Positions 26,381 through 38,598 are shown, counted from the first letter of the stretch. The stretch: DNA of 64,000 nt from an uncultured Verrucomicrobiae bacterium (GCA_963789335.1 CAWBKH010000002.1:455703-519702), one strand, 5' to 3'. A program made the numbers and translations. Notes: a model not told the origin generated them from the letters alone.

Positions 26381-28156
26381 TCAGGCTTTATAGCCCATTT
26401 TAAGACCGCCGATTTCAAGGAAGCCATGCAACTGGCGGATGCGCGTGGGATGGCGCATTTTGCGAAGCGCTTTGGCCTCGATTTGCCGGATGCGCTCGCG
26501 GGTGACACTGAATTGCTCGCCGACTTCTTCCAGCGTGCGCGAGTAGCCGTCTCCGAGACCAAAACGCAGTTCCAACACCCTCCGTTCGCGTTCGGTCAGA
26601 CTGCACAACACGTCACTCAGCCGGCCCCGGAGTAAACTGAAACTGGTCATGTCGAGCGGATTGTCGGCGGCTTTGTCTTCAATAAAATCGCCAAAATTGG
26701 CGTCTTCGGTCTCACCGACCGGCGATTGCAGAGAAATGGGCTGTTGCGACATTTTCAACACGGCACGGACGCGATCCACGGGCACTTGCATGTCTTCGGC
26801 AATTTCCTCCGGCGTCGGCTCGCGGCCAAAATCCTGAAGCAACCGCTTCTGCGAACGCATCAGTTTGTTGATGATTTCGATCATGTGCACCGGAATACGG
26901 ATGGTGCGGGCCTGATCGGCAATGCTGCGTGTGATGGCCTGGCGAATCCACCACGTCGCGTAAGTGGAAAATTTGTAGCCGCGGCGATATTCAAATTTTT
27001 CGACGGCCTTCATCAAGCCGATATTGCCTTCCTGAATCAAATCGAGGAACGACAGCCCGCGGTTGGTGTATTTTTTGGCGATGGAAATGACCAGACGCAA
27101 ATTGGCCTCGACCATTTCGGTTTTGGCCCAGAGTGCCTTGGCGGAAAATTCGCTCAACCGGCCAAAGATTTTCAGGTAATCCGCATGCGGCATCCGAACA
27201 AACTCCTCCAGCGCCCTGATTTTCTGCCGTTCCGCTTCGCTGAGGTGCTGTTGCGCACTGGATTCGCGCTGCGCCTCCGCCTCCGCCAAGGCGTGCAAGC
27301 TGTGCTGGAGCTTGTCGTGAATGTTTTCGGCGACCAGCGCCATTTCCTCGATGACTTTGTACCGGCAACAGAATTTGGGGAACGCGGCCTGCAATTTTTG
27401 ATCCGCGCGTTTGAACGCCACTTGCGCACGGCGGCGGCGAACCTTGGGCTGGGCGTCCCGCCAGGCGGTATATTTGTGATCCACCTCCAGATCCATTTCA
27501 CGAATGCGCGTCACCAGTTTGCGCAGCGCGCGGAGATGCGCCGTGCGGCTGTCCACCTTTTTGTCCAGAATCACGCGGTCGAAACGTTCGCGCGGCGGAT
27601 CGGCCAGGAGTTTCTCGGCCAGCGCGATATGCTCTTTGCCGGCAAACCCGAGGCTGTAAATAATTTTGCGGACTTCATTTTCCGCCGCCTCGATGCGTTT
27701 GGAAATTTCCACCTCCTGCTGGCGCGTCAACAACGCCACCTGTCCCATCTGCTTAAGATACATCCGCACCGGATCATCGAGCGCATCCAGCCGGCTGGTA
27801 TCGTCTTCCTCGGATTCGGCGGTCTTGACACGATCCACCTCCGCCTGGTGCACAATTTCGATTTCCAAACTGCGCAACTTGCCGAAGACCTCATCCAATT
27901 CCGGTTCGGTGACGTTGTCCGGCAACGCATCGCTGATATCGTTGTAAGTCAAATGTCCCTGTTCCTGCGACAGCCGGATCAGTTCCTTGATTATTTGCGA
28001 AATATCGGCCGCGGGTGGCTTGGGCAGGACGCCATTCCGCGATCTGGCCGCGGCCAGACCAGACCGGTATCGTGCGGGCGCTGCGGTGTTGCACACTCCT
28101 TTTTCCAGGGCGGAATTTGCCTCGGCTTTACGAACCTTCAATTTCGACATACGCAC
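26381..28156 (-). CDS. rpoD: Primary RNA polymerase sigma factor (sigma-70)
   Basis: 591 aa. [84 protein letters not shown] and [30 protein letters not shown]. Confidence 0.92.
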   Translation of the reverse strand: MRMSKLKVRKAEANSALEKGVCNTAAPARYRSGLAAARSRNGVLPKPPAADISQIIKELIRLSQEQGHLTYNDISDALPDNVTEPELDEVFGKLRSLEIEIVHQAEVDRVKTAESEEDDTSRLDALDDPVRMYLKQMGQVALLTRQQEVEISKRIEAAENEVRKIIYSLGFAGKEHIALAEKLLADPPRERFDRVILDKKVDSRTAHLRALRKLVTRIREMDLEVDHKYTAWRDAQPKVRRRRAQVAFKRADQKLQAAFPKFCCRYKVIEEMALVAENIHDKLQHSLHALAEAEAQRESSAQQHLSEAERQKIRALEEFVRMPHADYLKIFGRLSEFSAKALWAKTEMVEANLRLVISIAKKYTNRGLSFLDLIQEGNIGLMKAVEKFEYRRGYKFSTYATWWIRQAITRSIADQARTIRIPVHMIEIINKLMRSQKRLLQDFGREPTPEEIAEDMQVPVDRVRAVLKMSQQPISLQSPVGETEDANFGDFIEDKAADNPLDMTSFSLLRGRLSDVLCSLTERERRVLELRFGLGDGYSRTLEEVGEQFSVTRERIRQIEAKALRKMRHPTRIRQLHGFLEIGGLKMGYKA

Positions 28157-28251
28157 TCAATACTCCCAGATCCTAGACCAAAAGCGGGCGAACATGGGAA
28201 CGCCCCTCCCGTATCATCAAGTGGGGAAACTTCATGGTAAAATAAAACTGA

Positions 28252-29634
28252 TTATTTATCCGGCACGACGTAAATCCCGCGGCCCTTCAGATTTTCTGAA
28301 ATGATGTTTGCCGTACGCGCCACCGCGCCCAAATTTTCACGCACGACCCTGAGCGCGTTGCGCCGCAATTCTTCGCGCCGGTTTTCATCCGCTAACAATT
28401 CCGCAATCGCGGCTTCCAACGTTTCCACATCGCTGACTTGAATCGCCGCGTTCTGAGCGACGAAATTCCTCGCGATGTCCGTGAAATTTTGCATGTTCGG
28501 GCCAAACACCATGGCTTTGCCTGCTGCGCCCGGCTCAATCGGATTCTGCCCGCCGACGGCCGCCAGGCTCTTGCCAACGAATACTACTGTCGCATGTTCA
28601 TAGAAAAAACGCAACTCGCCGGTCGTATTTACGAGCAAACATTCGATCTCGCCCTCGCGAAACCGCGTATTGGCAAGGACTTCGTTGCGGTAAGCGAATT
28701 TGACATTACGCGCACGCAATTCCCGCCCCACTTCCCGGCACCGCTCGAAATGCCGGGGCACCAGCACCAGAAAAAGCTTCGGAAACAGCACTCGCAGTCG
28801 TTGCGCGATTTCCGCCAGCGCAATTTCTTCGCCCGCGTGGGTGCTGCCGCCCACCAGAATCGGCGCGTCGGGCGGCACGCCGATCTGCCGCAGCAGCGCT
28901 GGCACGTCAAGCTGGCGATGGCCGTCGAGTTTGGCCGCGTCAAACTTCAAATTGCCTACAACCTGAACGGCCTCGGGCCGGCATCCGATTTCTCGCAAGC
29001 GGTCGGCGTCGGTTTCATTTTGCGCGCTGACGCCCACAAAGGAAGCAAAGAGCGGACGAAACAAAATTCCAAACCGCCGGTAACCGCGATAGGAACGGTT
29101 GGACAGCCGGGCGTTGGCCAGAAACAAGGGAATGTTGAGGTCACGTGCGTGCCACAGGAAATTCGGCCAGATTTCCGCTTCAAACAGCACAACGGCCTGG
29201 GGATTGATGGTGTCGAACGCGCGGCGGACGCATCTCCGCCCGTCAATGGGATAGTAAATTTTGCTGATGTGGGCGGGCAAATGACGATGCAACTCAGCCA
29301 TCCCGGTTGTGGTCGTCGTCGAAACCACGATTTTGAGGTTGGGCATGCGCGGCTCGAGGGCGCGGATGAGCTGCATGCAAAGATTGACTTCGCCGACGCT
29401 GACCGCATGAAGCCAGATCACCTGACGGTTGGTCAACGCCTGCTTGAGGTTACGGTTGTAATATCCAAATCGTTCAAAAAAACCGGAAAGCCAGTTGCCG
29501 CGCCGCCACATCCGCAGGAAATAATATGGCGCGGTCAACACGAAAAAAAACGTGAACAGGATGTTGTAGAGCGTACGCACTCCAATTCTTAACGGAACGG
29601 CGCTTATATTTCCGCAAACGAAGGCGCTGCGCAA
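28252..29634 (-). CDS. waaA: 3-deoxy-D-manno-octulosonic acid (Kdo) transferase
   Basis: An N-terminal TM helix, WLHAVSVGEVN, ...VVSTTTTTG... and a C-terminal GGSL...GGQNPIEPAA-like segment (GGQNPIEPGAAGKAMVFGP). The exact start is uncertain. Confidence 0.8.
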   Translation of the reverse strand: MRSAFVCGNISAVPLRIGVRTLYNILFTFFFVLTAPYYFLRMWRRGNWLSGFFERFGYYNRNLKQALTNRQVIWLHAVSVGEVNLCMQLIRALEPRMPNLKIVVSTTTTTGMAELHRHLPAHISKIYYPIDGRRCVRRAFDTINPQAVVLFEAEIWPNFLWHARDLNIPLFLANARLSNRSYRGYRRFGILFRPLFASFVGVSAQNETDADRLREIGCRPEAVQVVGNLKFDAAKLDGHRQLDVPALLRQIGVPPDAPILVGGSTHAGEEIALAEIAQRLRVLFPKLFLVLVPRHFERCREVGRELRARNVKFAYRNEVLANTRFREGEIECLLVNTTGELRFFYEHATVVFVGKSLAAVGGQNPIEPGAAGKAMVFGPNMQNFTDIARNFVAQNAAIQVSDVETLEAAIAELLADENRREELRRNALRVVRENLGAVARTANIISENLKGRGIYVVPDK

Positions 29635-29649
29635 AGAAAATGTTTCAAC

Positions 29650-30966
29650 TCAGCCGCGAAAGAAAATCAGCCACACCACCACCAACATCGGCAGCAGAAA
29701 TGGCAGTGTGAATTTCCAAATAAAGCCCGGAAACGTCGGGGTGCGGACTTTTTCATGGTCGGCTATGGCCTTGACCATGAAATTCGGCCCGTTGCCGATG
29801 TAAGTCGCCGCGCCAAAAAAGACCGCAGCCACACTAATGGCGACCAGATTCAAGGTGTCCGCGCTCAACAATTCCCCCATATCCTTCGCACCACTCGTGC
29901 CAAAGAGCGCGCTCAAGAAACTGAGGTACGTTGGCGCATTATCCAGCACGCTGGACAACACGCCCGTGCCCAAATAAAAAATTCCCGGTGCCGGATGAGC
30001 GCCCAGCAGTGCGCGCGCGTTCAAATCGAGCCAGTCGAGCGCGGGAATCATTGTGACAAAAATGCCGATGAATAAAATGGCCACCTCCTGAATCGGATGG
30101 AAATTGAAACGGTTCGCTTCATGTACCGATTTTGCCGTCGTGAAATAGGAACCCACCGCGGCGGCCAGCATGATTCCCTCGCGCAGAAAAATGGGTTGGT
30201 TGATGAATACCGCGCCCAGAATGACGGCCAGAAAAAACAAGTTGGCCAGCCCGTCGAATTTCCAGGTTTCCTGCGCCGTTTCCTCCTCGCGAATTGCCCG
30301 CGGCGCGCGCGCGAAATTCAGCCGATCCAGGACGTAAAAAATGGCCAAGAGAATTCCAACGCCCATCAACCACATTGTCCAGCAATGTTCCACCACCCAC
30401 CAAAAGGGAACACCCTGCAAATAACCGAGAAACAACGGCGGATCGCCGATGGGAGTCAGACAGCCGCCCACGTTGGCGACAATGAAAATAAAAAAAACGA
30501 TGTGGTGCGCCGTGACGCGGTATTTGTTCATTCTTATCCATGGTCGAATCAGGAGCATGGACGCGCCGGTCGTACCCAGAAGATTCGCCAGAATGGCGCC
30601 GACGAGCAAAAAAATTACATTGACCAGCGGCGTTGCTTCGCCTTTGACGTTGATGTGAATGCCGCCGGAAACCACAAACAGCGAACCGACGAGCATGATA
30701 AAACAGACGTAATCATGCGCCACATGCAGCACGCGATCCGGCGCCCGCAGAACCAAAAGGTAATAGCCCAGCGTGATGACGCCCAGGCCGAGCGCAACCT
30801 TGGGATAATGTCGCAACCACCAATCCGGGGCGAGCAACGGCGCCAGAGCAATGGCGGCAAGTAGCAGCACAAACGGCAGAATCATCCACGGATTGGGCGC
30901 AACGATGCTTTCAATCATGCGCGGGAAGGTTGCGCGGTTCATGGAAACCAGGTCAAACAGAAACAT
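29650..30966 (-). CDS. Ion transporter of the ArsB/NhaD (citrate-transporter-like, putative Na+/H+ antiporter) superfamily
   Basis: 438 aa with about 11-12 TM helices. ...LLGTTGASMLLIRP...FIVANVGGCLTPIGDPPLFLGYL...YLGTGVLSSVLDNAPTYL. Confidence 0.65.
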   Translation of the reverse strand: MFLFDLVSMNRATFPRMIESIVAPNPWMILPFVLLLAAIALAPLLAPDWWLRHYPKVALGLGVITLGYYLLVLRAPDRVLHVAHDYVCFIMLVGSLFVVSGGIHINVKGEATPLVNVIFLLVGAILANLLGTTGASMLLIRPWIRMNKYRVTAHHIVFFIFIVANVGGCLTPIGDPPLFLGYLQGVPFWWVVEHCWTMWLMGVGILLAIFYVLDRLNFARAPRAIREEETAQETWKFDGLANLFFLAVILGAVFINQPIFLREGIMLAAAVGSYFTTAKSVHEANRFNFHPIQEVAILFIGIFVTMIPALDWLDLNARALLGAHPAPGIFYLGTGVLSSVLDNAPTYLSFLSALFGTSGAKDMGELLSADTLNLVAISVAAVFFGAATYIGNGPNFMVKAIADHEKVRTPTFPGFIWKFTLPFLLPMLVVVWLIFFRG

Positions 30967-30987
30967 CCGCCCGCTTGACGGTTTGCT

Positions 30988-33900
30988 ATGCTGCTGCGAC
31001 CCTATTCAAGCTTGGCGCAAAACGCGACAGCGTCGGCGGCAAGTCATTTGTTCGCTGATTTTGCACGATCTCCCGCCGTGCAGTCCCTCGCGCGGCGATT
31101 GGAGAATGGCGGAGTGCTGTCCGCCACCGGCATTTGCCAGGCGGCGCAGCCTTTTTTCGCGGTTCTACTTAAGGAAATTTTTCCCGGGCGGCCGCTCGTC
31201 ATCGTTGCACCAGATTTGAAAGCGCAGGAAAATCTCCAGCAGGACATCGAGACGTGGCTGCATGTTGAGTCTGGAGTCCAAGGTTCAAAGTCCAAAGCAG
31301 GTGAGGCTCCATTTTCGCCGCTGTTTTATCCGCCATGGGAAGTTCTCCCTCACGAAGGCAAGCTCCCGCACGCCGATACCATCAGCGACCGGTTGCAAAC
31401 CCTTGTCGCTCTTTCAACTCACAATTCCCGACCCTCAACCTTGGTTGTAACCAGCGTCACCGCCCTGGTCCAGAAGACTTTCCCGCCCGATGAAATTCAA
31501 AAACGTACGCGCAGACTGCAACGCGGTGACAAAATCAATCCATTGGATTTGATCGAATGGCTCGAAGAACAAGGCTGCGAACCGGAAGCGCAGGTGACGC
31601 AGAAAGGCGAAATTGCCTTGCGCGGCGGCATCCTTGATGTCTGGCCGCTCACCAGTCCGTGGCCGGTTCGGCTGGAATTTTTCGGCGACGAGTTGGAATC
31701 GCTTCGCCACTTTGATCCGCTCACGCAAATTTCGCGCGAAGCAATCACCGCCATCACCATTCCACCGGGCGGCGAACTCGGTCTTCTGAAACGGAGCGCG
31801 GACAGCGTGTCCGCGAGTCCGGCGGTGAAGTTCGCAACGCTTTTGGATTACTTGCCGCGCGACGCCATTTTTCTGCTTTGTGAACCGGAGCAGCTTGCTC
31901 TTCACGCCGATGAATACGCGCAGCAAATTCCCGCTGACGATCCGTTTTTCATTTCGTGGCCGGATTTTCTTGTCGAACTGAACCGCCTCGGTTTCAGCTC
32001 AATCGAATTGGCTGAAGAAGTCGAAGCCATTCCACCATCCTTGCCGGGTCAAAACGAAGCGGAGGCGGGCGCAATCCGCAATCTACAATTTGCAAGTCTC
32101 GACGCTTTTCGACCCCTCGCCGAACGCGCCCCGGAACCGCAAGTCGCCGAGGCCCAGCGCCGGGAATTTTTTAACCAGCTTCACCGCTGGCTGCGGCAAG
32201 ATTACGCCGTCCACGTTTTTTGCAACAACGACGGTGAGCGGCAGCGGTTTGAGGAAATTTGGAGTGAATTGGGTCCAGGTTCCGGCGTCTCGGTTCCGGG
32301 GAACAATGCTCGCGACGCGCAATCCCAGATGCCAGACCCCAGACCCCAAACGCGAATCGGAACGCTCGGACGCGGTTTCATCTGCGACGATGCCAAACTC
32401 GTTGTCGTCACCGATGCGGAAATTTTTGGCCGTTACAAAATCCAGCGCCCGCGCCGGTTGAAATCGCCGCACGCCCTGGCCGTCCGTTCCGCACTCGACA
32501 TTGATTTCACCGAATTGGACGAAGGCGACCTCGTCGTCCACCTCCAATACGGCATCGGCCGCTTTCTTGGTCTGAAAAATCTGCCGATAACTTCGCGCGC
32601 AGGATCTGGTAGGGCGGGCAGTCCTCTGCCCGCCGACGGCGCGCACGGAGTGACGCGCCCTACCGAAGAAACCGGCACGGAATGTCTGGTCATTGAATAC
32701 GCCCCCGCCCATCCCGGCGATGAACCGCCGAAACTTTACGTTCCGGTAACCGAGGCGCATCTCGTCGGCAAATACGTCGGCGCCGGGAAGGCACATCCGC
32801 CGCTCAACACGCTCGGTGGAACGCGTTGGAAGAAGGCGAAGGAACAGGCCGAACGCGCCGTGCGCGACGTCGCCGCCGAGTTGCTGCAAATCCAGGCCGT
32901 GCGCGAATCGCAACCCGGCCGCGCCTTTGCCGCCGACTCACCGTGGCAGCGTGAGTTTGAAAGCGCCTTCATTTTTGAGGAAACGCCCGATCAATGGCGC
33001 GCGATTCAGGAAACCAAATCCGACATGGAAAAACCCAAGCCGATGGATCGCTTGATCTGCGGCGACGTCGGTTTTGGCAAGACCGAGGTCGCCATTCGTG
33101 CCGCGTTCAAGGCGGTGATGGATGGCCGGCAGGTCGCCGTGCTGGTGCCGACGACCGTGCTGGCACAACAGCATTTCAACACGTTCCGCGAGCGCATGGC
33201 CGATTACCCCATCCGCATCGAATTGCTCTCACGTTATCGAACGCACCGCCAGCAACAGCGCGTCGTGAAGGATTTGGCCAGCGGCGCGGTGGACATTGTC
33301 ATCGGCACGCACCGGCTGATTCAAAACGATATTACTTTCAAGGACCTTGGCCTGGTCGTGATTGACGAGGAGCAGCGTTTCGGCGTGTTGCACAAGGAAA
33401 AGTTCAAGCGCTTGCGGACGCTGGTGGACGTGCTCACGCTCAGCGCCACGCCAATTCCGCGCACGCTTTACCTCGCGCTCACCGGCGCGCGCGACATGAG
33501 TACCATCCAGACTCCCCCGCACGACCGCCTGCCGGTCGAGACCATCGTCACCCAATTCGACGAGCGCGTCATCCGCGACGCCATCCAGCGCGAACTGAAC
33601 CGAGGTGGACAGGTCTTCCTCCTGCACAATCGCGTGATGACGATTCAGACGATGGCGGACCGCCTGAAGCGGCTTTTGCCGCACGCGCGCGTCGTCGTCG
33701 GCCACGGCCAGATGGACGCGGACGAACTGGAAACGGTGATGACCAAATTCGTCAACGGCGAGGCGGACGTTTTGCTTTCCACGACCATCATCGAGAGCGG
33801 ACTGGATATACCGAACGCGAACACCATCATCATTGACCGCGCCGACCGTTTCGGCTTGAGCGACCTCTACCAATTGCGCGGTCGCGTCGGGCGTTACAAG

Positions 33901-34602
33901 CACCAGGCTTACGCGTACCTGTTGTTGCCTCGCCACGTGAGCCTGCTCACCGACGTGCGCAAGCGCATCAGCGCCATCCGCCAATACTCCACGCTCGGCA
34001 GTGGATTTAAAATCGCCATGCGCGATTTGGAAATTCGCGGCGCCGGCAACCTGCTGGGCGCGGAACAGAGCGGCCACATCACCGCCGTCGGTTTCGAGCT
34101 TTACTGCCAGTTGCTCAAGCAAAGCGTCAGCGCGCTCAAAGGTGAGACAGTAAAACCACGTGTGGAGGTCAGCGTGAAACTGGATTTCTTGGACCAGTCA
34201 GCAGTCGGTAATCAATCGTCCGTAGCTACTGACTACGAACCATTGACCACTGACAAATCTGCCTCTCTGCCTCACAACTATGTCACCGAGCCGCAGCATC
34301 GCATCGAAATCTATCGCAAGCTCGCGCAGGCCAACGAAAAGTCCGTCTTGGACGGTTTGCAAAAGGAACTGCGTGACCGCTTCGGCCCGTTGCCGCCTGC
34401 GGTTGAAATGTTGCTGGCCGTGGCCGAACTGAAAATCCTGGCCGCCGAAAAGGCCGTGGTCATCATTGAGGTGAAGGACGACAAGTTGATGCTGACGCGC
34501 CACGGCGATTTCATCACGCTTGGCGGCAAATTCCCGCGTCTTGCCAAAAAGGAAGCCAAGGCACGGTTGAAGGAAATCAAAAAGCTGCTGTTGGCGATTT
34601 AA
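30988..34602 (+). CDS. mfd: Transcription-repair coupling factor
   Basis: 1204 aa. RNAP-interaction/CarD-like segment [13 protein letters not shown]...KLYVPV. Helicase motifs [30 protein letters not shown] and [10 protein letters not shown]-terminal TRCF domain is present. Confidence 0.92.
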   Translation: MLLRPYSSLAQNATASAASHLFADFARSPAVQSLARRLENGGVLSATGICQAAQPFFAVLLKEIFPGRPLVIVAPDLKAQENLQQDIETWLHVESGVQGSKSKAGEAPFSPLFYPPWEVLPHEGKLPHADTISDRLQTLVALSTHNSRPSTLVVTSVTALVQKTFPPDEIQKRTRRLQRGDKINPLDLIEWLEEQGCEPEAQVTQKGEIALRGGILDVWPLTSPWPVRLEFFGDELESLRHFDPLTQISREAITAITIPPGGELGLLKRSADSVSASPAVKFATLLDYLPRDAIFLLCEPEQLALHADEYAQQIPADDPFFISWPDFLVELNRLGFSSIELAEEVEAIPPSLPGQNEAEAGAIRNLQFASLDAFRPLAERAPEPQVAEAQRREFFNQLHRWLRQDYAVHVFCNNDGERQRFEEIWSELGPGSGVSVPGNNARDAQSQMPDPRPQTRIGTLGRGFICDDAKLVVVTDAEIFGRYKIQRPRRLKSPHALAVRSALDIDFTELDEGDLVVHLQYGIGRFLGLKNLPITSRAGSGRAGSPLPADGAHGVTRPTEETGTECLVIEYAPAHPGDEPPKLYVPVTEAHLVGKYVGAGKAHPPLNTLGGTRWKKAKEQAERAVRDVAAELLQIQAVRESQPGRAFAADSPWQREFESAFIFEETPDQWRAIQETKSDMEKPKPMDRLICGDVGFGKTEVAIRAAFKAVMDGRQVAVLVPTTVLAQQHFNTFRERMADYPIRIELLSRYRTHRQQQRVVKDLASGAVDIVIGTHRLIQNDITFKDLGLVVIDEEQRFGVLHKEKFKRLRTLVDVLTLSATPIPRTLYLALTGARDMSTIQTPPHDRLPVETIVTQFDERVIRDAIQRELNRGGQVFLLHNRVMTIQTMADRLKRLLPHARVVVGHGQMDADELETVMTKFVNGEADVLLSTTIIESGLDIPNANTIIIDRADRFGLSDLYQLRGRVGRYKHQAYAYLLLPRHVSLLTDVRKRISAIRQYSTLGSGFKIAMRDLEIRGAGNLLGAEQSGHITAVGFELYCQLLKQSVSALKGETVKPRVEVSVKLDFLDQSAVGNQSSVATDYEPLTTDKSASLPHNYVTEPQHRIEIYRKLAQANEKSVLDGLQKELRDRFGPLPPAVEMLLAVAELKILAAEKAVVIIEVKDDKLMLTRHGDFITLGGKFPRLAKKEAKARLKEIKKLLLAI
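32608..32664. repeat. 57-nt REP-like palindromic element lying in frame inside mfd
   Basis: ggtagggcgggcagtcctctgcccgccgacggcgcgcacggagtgacgcgccctacc. Outer arms GGTAGGGCG / CGCCCTACC. Inner stems GGCGGGCAG-tcct-CTGCCCGCC and GGCGCG...CGCGCC. It encodes [20 protein letters not shown] related copy lies at 50115-50203. Confidence 0.7.
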
Positions 34603-34719
34603 GATTGTCACTGGAATGTGACCAAATTCGGCTTGACAACCCAAAAAGAGTGGCTATTCTGGTGCTAGAGTACAAGATAGCCGCATTCGGTGTTAATTTT
34701 GCCTTTAACGGAAAGGACA

Positions 34720-36972
34720 ATGTTTATGAAAAATCTTCGTTGCTTTTTGAGGGGGGGGCAATTTCTTACGGTGTTTCTTGCCATCTTGGCGTGCGCGACC
34801 ACGACCTTCGCCCAAACCACCTATGTCGTTCCGGTAGTCACCGTGCAGGCGACCCAGCCGATTGCGACGGCAACCAACTCCGGCGTGTTCACAGTGTTCC
34901 GGGCGGGCGACACCAACGCGCAGTTGAATGTGTGGTACGACCTCGATGGTACTGCGTCCAACGGCGTGGATTACGCGCCGATCCCACCGCATATCGTGAC
35001 GATTCCCGCCGGCGCAACGTCCAGCGCCATCCTCGTCACGCCCACGAGCAACGTGCCGCCAAACGCCGTCAAAACGGTGGTGTTGACGCTGACGAATTCG
35101 CCGTTGCTGACGCCCGTAAATTATGAAATCGGCTCGCCCAGCAGTGCCACGATCTATCTCGCCGGCAGCGGCGTGACCAACGTGCCGCCGGATGTGTACA
35201 TTTTTGACCCGACGAACGGCGAGGTTTTTTATACGCCAACGAACATCCAGATTCTGGCCAAGGCCAGCGATCCGGACGGCTCCGTCACCGACGTCGAATT
35301 TTTTGCCGGTACAAATGATTTGGGTTCGGGCGCGATGGCCGTGCTCGAACCCCCGGGCGACAACGGCGTGACCGGTCCGGTCTGGTTTTTCAGTTGGCGC
35401 AATGTGCCGGTGGGCGATTATGCCCTGACCGCCGTGGCCACCGACAACGGCGGCGCCTCCACCACCTCCGCGCCGGTCAGCATCGCCGTGCTGCAAGGCC
35501 CGCCGCCGACCAACGCCCCGCCGGCGATCCGCATTGACAGCCCGACCAACGGCGAAGCTTTCTTTGCCAGTGTGGTGTGCCCGTCTTGTGTCACCAACAA
35601 TCCGCCTTGTGAACTGCCCTGTTACTTCGAGGGCCCCGACATTCCCATTTACGCCACCGCCAGCGCCAGCAGCGGGACTGCTTCGGTTGAATTCTTTGCC
35701 GACGGCCAGGACCTCGGCCCCGGCGAACTGGAAGGTTGCATAACGCCGGCCGGCAATTGCGTCGGCTGCCCGCCGCCGGTTCTGACTTGTACCTATTCCC
35801 TGGTCTGGAGCAACGCGCCGGTCGGGAATCACGTTCTAACAGCCATCGCCACTGACAATAACGGGCTTTCCAGCACTTCCGCGCCGGTGGCAGTTTCCGT
35901 GATTCAATCTCTGCCACCGAATCCGGTTGTGGTCAGGATTATCAGTCCGCCCAATGGTGCGGTGTTTCGCGCGCCGATCAACCTCCCGCTCTTTGCCTAC
36001 GCGTATACGGGCTTTGAAGAGGTGTCAGTTGGATTTTATGACGGAACGAACTTTCTGGGTCTTGGCCAGCCCGTTTCAACGCCCACGCCGGTTCCGCTGA
36101 CGCCCGGCGACCCCACACCCGTGCCACTGACGGCGCTTTCCACCAACATTTATTCACTGATCTGGAGCAATGCGCCGGTGGGCAATCATGTTTTGACGGC
36201 TGAAGCGGTCGGTTACAATACCAATAATGCTATAGTTTTGAGAATTGTTTCCGCGCCGGTCAACATCACCATCTTGGCGCCGTTGCCGCCACCGACCAAT
36301 CGGCCGCCGATTGTGAGCATTGTGGCGACCGATCCAGTGGCGGTTGAAGGCACGAATTCCTGGGTCTGGCGCGGCGAAACCAATTCGCCGCCGACCTGGG
36401 CGGCTTGGCCAACGGCCGTGTGTCACTTCTTCACCAACTGCGGACCGAAGACGGCCACGTTCACCGTCCGCCGCTGCGGCGATACTAATAACGATTTGAC
36501 AGTGCCCTACGACATCGGCGGTACAGCCAGCAACGGCGTGGATTACGTTGCCCTGCCCGGCTCTGTAACCATCCCGGCCGGTGAACGCCGCGCGCTTATT
36601 ACGATTGTGCCGATTGACGACGGTCCGCCCGACGTGAACAAGACTGTCATTCTCACGCTGCTGCCGGACATGCAAGCGAATCCGTTGCCTGGCTATGTGC
36701 TCGGCTTTCCATACCGCGCCGCCGCCATCATTCTTGATCCGGGTCCGCGTCCGGTGAGCGGGATGTTGCCCGGCCATTATTTCCATCTCAAGGAAACCGG
36801 CCCGGATGCGGCCTGGTTCTGCATCGAGTATTCAACCAATCTGGTCAACTGGACGCCCGTTTGTACCAACCAGGTGATTGATGGTTCCATTGACTTCGTG
36901 GACCCGGATGCGTCAAACAATTCATCCCGGTTCTATCGCGCCGTGCCCGTGACAAACCCGCCGTCGGACTAA
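34720..36972 (+). CDS. Large secreted protein with Calx-beta-like and Ig-like repeats and a C-terminal ...RFYRAV module
   Basis: Signal peptide MFMKNLRCFLRGGQFLTVFLAILACATTTFA. Calx-beta-like segments (DLDGTASNGVDYAPIP...; DIGGTASNGVDYVALPGSVTIPAGE). Repeated modules end in ...W.N.PVG.(H/Y).LTA.A.D..G.S.TSAPV.(I/V). The tail is YSTNLVNWTPVCTNQVIDGSIDFVDPDASNNSSRFYRAV. Confidence 0.75.
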   Translation: MFMKNLRCFLRGGQFLTVFLAILACATTTFAQTTYVVPVVTVQATQPIATATNSGVFTVFRAGDTNAQLNVWYDLDGTASNGVDYAPIPPHIVTIPAGATSSAILVTPTSNVPPNAVKTVVLTLTNSPLLTPVNYEIGSPSSATIYLAGSGVTNVPPDVYIFDPTNGEVFYTPTNIQILAKASDPDGSVTDVEFFAGTNDLGSGAMAVLEPPGDNGVTGPVWFFSWRNVPVGDYALTAVATDNGGASTTSAPVSIAVLQGPPPTNAPPAIRIDSPTNGEAFFASVVCPSCVTNNPPCELPCYFEGPDIPIYATASASSGTASVEFFADGQDLGPGELEGCITPAGNCVGCPPPVLTCTYSLVWSNAPVGNHVLTAIATDNNGLSSTSAPVAVSVIQSLPPNPVVVRIISPPNGAVFRAPINLPLFAYAYTGFEEVSVGFYDGTNFLGLGQPVSTPTPVPLTPGDPTPVPLTALSTNIYSLIWSNAPVGNHVLTAEAVGYNTNNAIVLRIVSAPVNITILAPLPPPTNRPPIVSIVATDPVAVEGTNSWVWRGETNSPPTWAAWPTAVCHFFTNCGPKTATFTVRRCGDTNNDLTVPYDIGGTASNGVDYVALPGSVTIPAGERRALITIVPIDDGPPDVNKTVILTLLPDMQANPLPGYVLGFPYRAAAIILDPGPRPVSGMLPGHYFHLKETGPDAAWFCIEYSTNLVNWTPVCTNQVIDGSIDFVDPDASNNSSRFYRAVPVTNPPSD

Positions 36973-37106
36973 TTTGACTTGAACAAACCACAGCGCGCCA
37001 TAGTAAGTTCGTTGCGTTTAGCAACAGAAGTTCAGCGCCTCTCGAAGAGTATGCCACGGCGCGGTTGGAGGAAATCAAGCAGCGGCGGGCACTGCAACCA
37101 TTTTGC

Positions 37107-38345
37107 TCAACTGAACTGCAGGAAAATTCCCTTCAAATAATCTGCTTCCTTGAAGGTAGCCGGATGATCCGACGCATGGCGGGTGGTTTTCAGTTCAACA
37201 AAGCGCCGCTTGGAATTCACGGACGCTTGCCGTACCATACCAAAAAATTCCTCCGCGTTCACGTGCGCGGAACAGGAACAGGCCAACAGCAGGCCGTCAT
37301 GTGTGAGCCGACGGATGCCGTTTTCAGCCAGCCTGGCGTAAGCACGGATCGCCCCAGCGCGTTCGGTTTCGCGTTTGGCGAGCGACGGCGGGTCGAGCAC
37401 AATCAGCCCATACTTCCGCACGTCGCCGCCTGCCAACCAGTCAAAGGCATCGGCCTGCACGCGCTCTCGGTGGCAACTTGTGATGGCGGGATCGGTGGAA
37501 TTCAGTTGGAAATTTCGTTGCGCCGCCGCCAGCGCATGCGGGCTGATGTCGAGATCGGTCACGGATTTCGCGCCGCCGTGAGCCGCGTAAAGCGAGAAGC
37601 CGCCGGAAAAACTGAACGCATTCAACACCTCACGTCCGCGCGCAAGTTCGCCAATTTCACGGCGGTTCTCACGTTGGTCCAGAAAAAATCCCGTCTTTTG
37701 ACCGCGCAGCACGTCGGCTTCGAAGCGGATTCCGTTTTCCAAAAACACAACAGGCTCCGTCAGATCCGGTCCGTATAAAGTTTCCCCGTCGTGCCGGTTC
37801 CGCCCAAAACGTTCCGCGGCGGGTTGAATGTTCCGGCTCAAGCGCAGGACGATTCGTTCCGGCTCCAACCGTTCGCGGATGAGCGTAGCAATTTCGTCGA
37901 GCCTCGGCAGCCATCCCGCGGTGTAAAGTTTGAGGACCAAAGTTGTGTTGTAACGGTCGAGCACCAGACCGGGCCAGCCATCGCTCTCGCCGTTGATGAG
38001 CCGATAGCCGGTGGTAGCGGCGTCAAAAAGTCCGTCGCGGCGGCGCACGGCGGCATTGAGCCGCGCCGCCCACCATGCGGCGTCCAGCGTCTGTGGTTTG
38101 CCAACGTGCAACACACGTACCCGGATGGGCGAGTCCGGATCAAATAAACCGGCGGCCAGAAATTTGTCTCTGCGGTCGTAGATGACAATGAGTTCACCGG
38201 ATGCGCCGTCGCGATTTTGTTCACGCACGCTGTCGGCAAAAACCCATGGATGACCGGAACGGATGCAGTTTTCCGCCGCCGCCGTGATGCGAAGCCGCAA
38301 GCGCGGGAGCTTTTCTGCGACGGATTGACTGGGTGTCGGCTTCAC
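37107..38345 (-). CDS. RlmI-like class I SAM-dependent rRNA (cytosine-C5) methyltransferase
   Basis: 412 aa. The N-terminal PUA-like part ([13 protein letters not shown]) and MTase core ([32 protein letters not shown]...[13 protein letters not shown]) follow the RlmI/YccW architecture. Confidence 0.7.
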   Translation of the reverse strand: MKPTPSQSVAEKLPRLRLRITAAAENCIRSGHPWVFADSVREQNRDGASGELIVIYDRRDKFLAAGLFDPDSPIRVRVLHVGKPQTLDAAWWAARLNAAVRRRDGLFDAATTGYRLINGESDGWPGLVLDRYNTTLVLKLYTAGWLPRLDEIATLIRERLEPERIVLRLSRNIQPAAERFGRNRHDGETLYGPDLTEPVVFLENGIRFEADVLRGQKTGFFLDQRENRREIGELARGREVLNAFSFSGGFSLYAAHGGAKSVTDLDISPHALAAAQRNFQLNSTDPAITSCHRERVQADAFDWLAGGDVRKYGLIVLDPPSLAKRETERAGAIRAYARLAENGIRRLTHDGLLLACSCSAHVNAEEFFGMVRQASVNSKRRFVELKTTRHASDHPATFKEADYLKGIFLQFS

Positions 38346-38433
38346 GTTTTTCTGAGATTAAGAGACAGGGCGCGACCGCTCAATGGGAATGGTACTGCGT
38401 TGCAACCGATACGCAACTTGTCACCACCACCAA

Positions 38434-38565
38434 GGTAGAGACGTCGCGCTGCGGCGTCTCCATCCGCGTAGCAGCGGACGGAACAAGTTCGACGCTCAAG
38501 TGGAACCGCCTGCCTTGCGCCGCTGAACGTGGCGCGGACAGCGCAGCGCGCTGTCCCTTGCTACC
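38434..38565. repeat. Composite REP-like element bounded by GGTAGAG...CTTGCTACC with internal hairpins
   Basis: Hairpins gagacg-tcgcgctgcg-gcgtctc (38438-38460) and ggacagcgc-agc-gcgctgtcc (38536-38556). It is intergenic, between two convergently ended rRNA-modification genes. Confidence 0.45.
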
Positions 38566-38598
38566 AACAAAAATGGCGGCGGCGTCAAGCTGCGCCTT

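Noticed and set aside
26726-28240. 504-aa plus-strand ORF
   Set aside because: It is fully antisense to rpoD, whose sigma-70 regions 2-4 are unmistakable.
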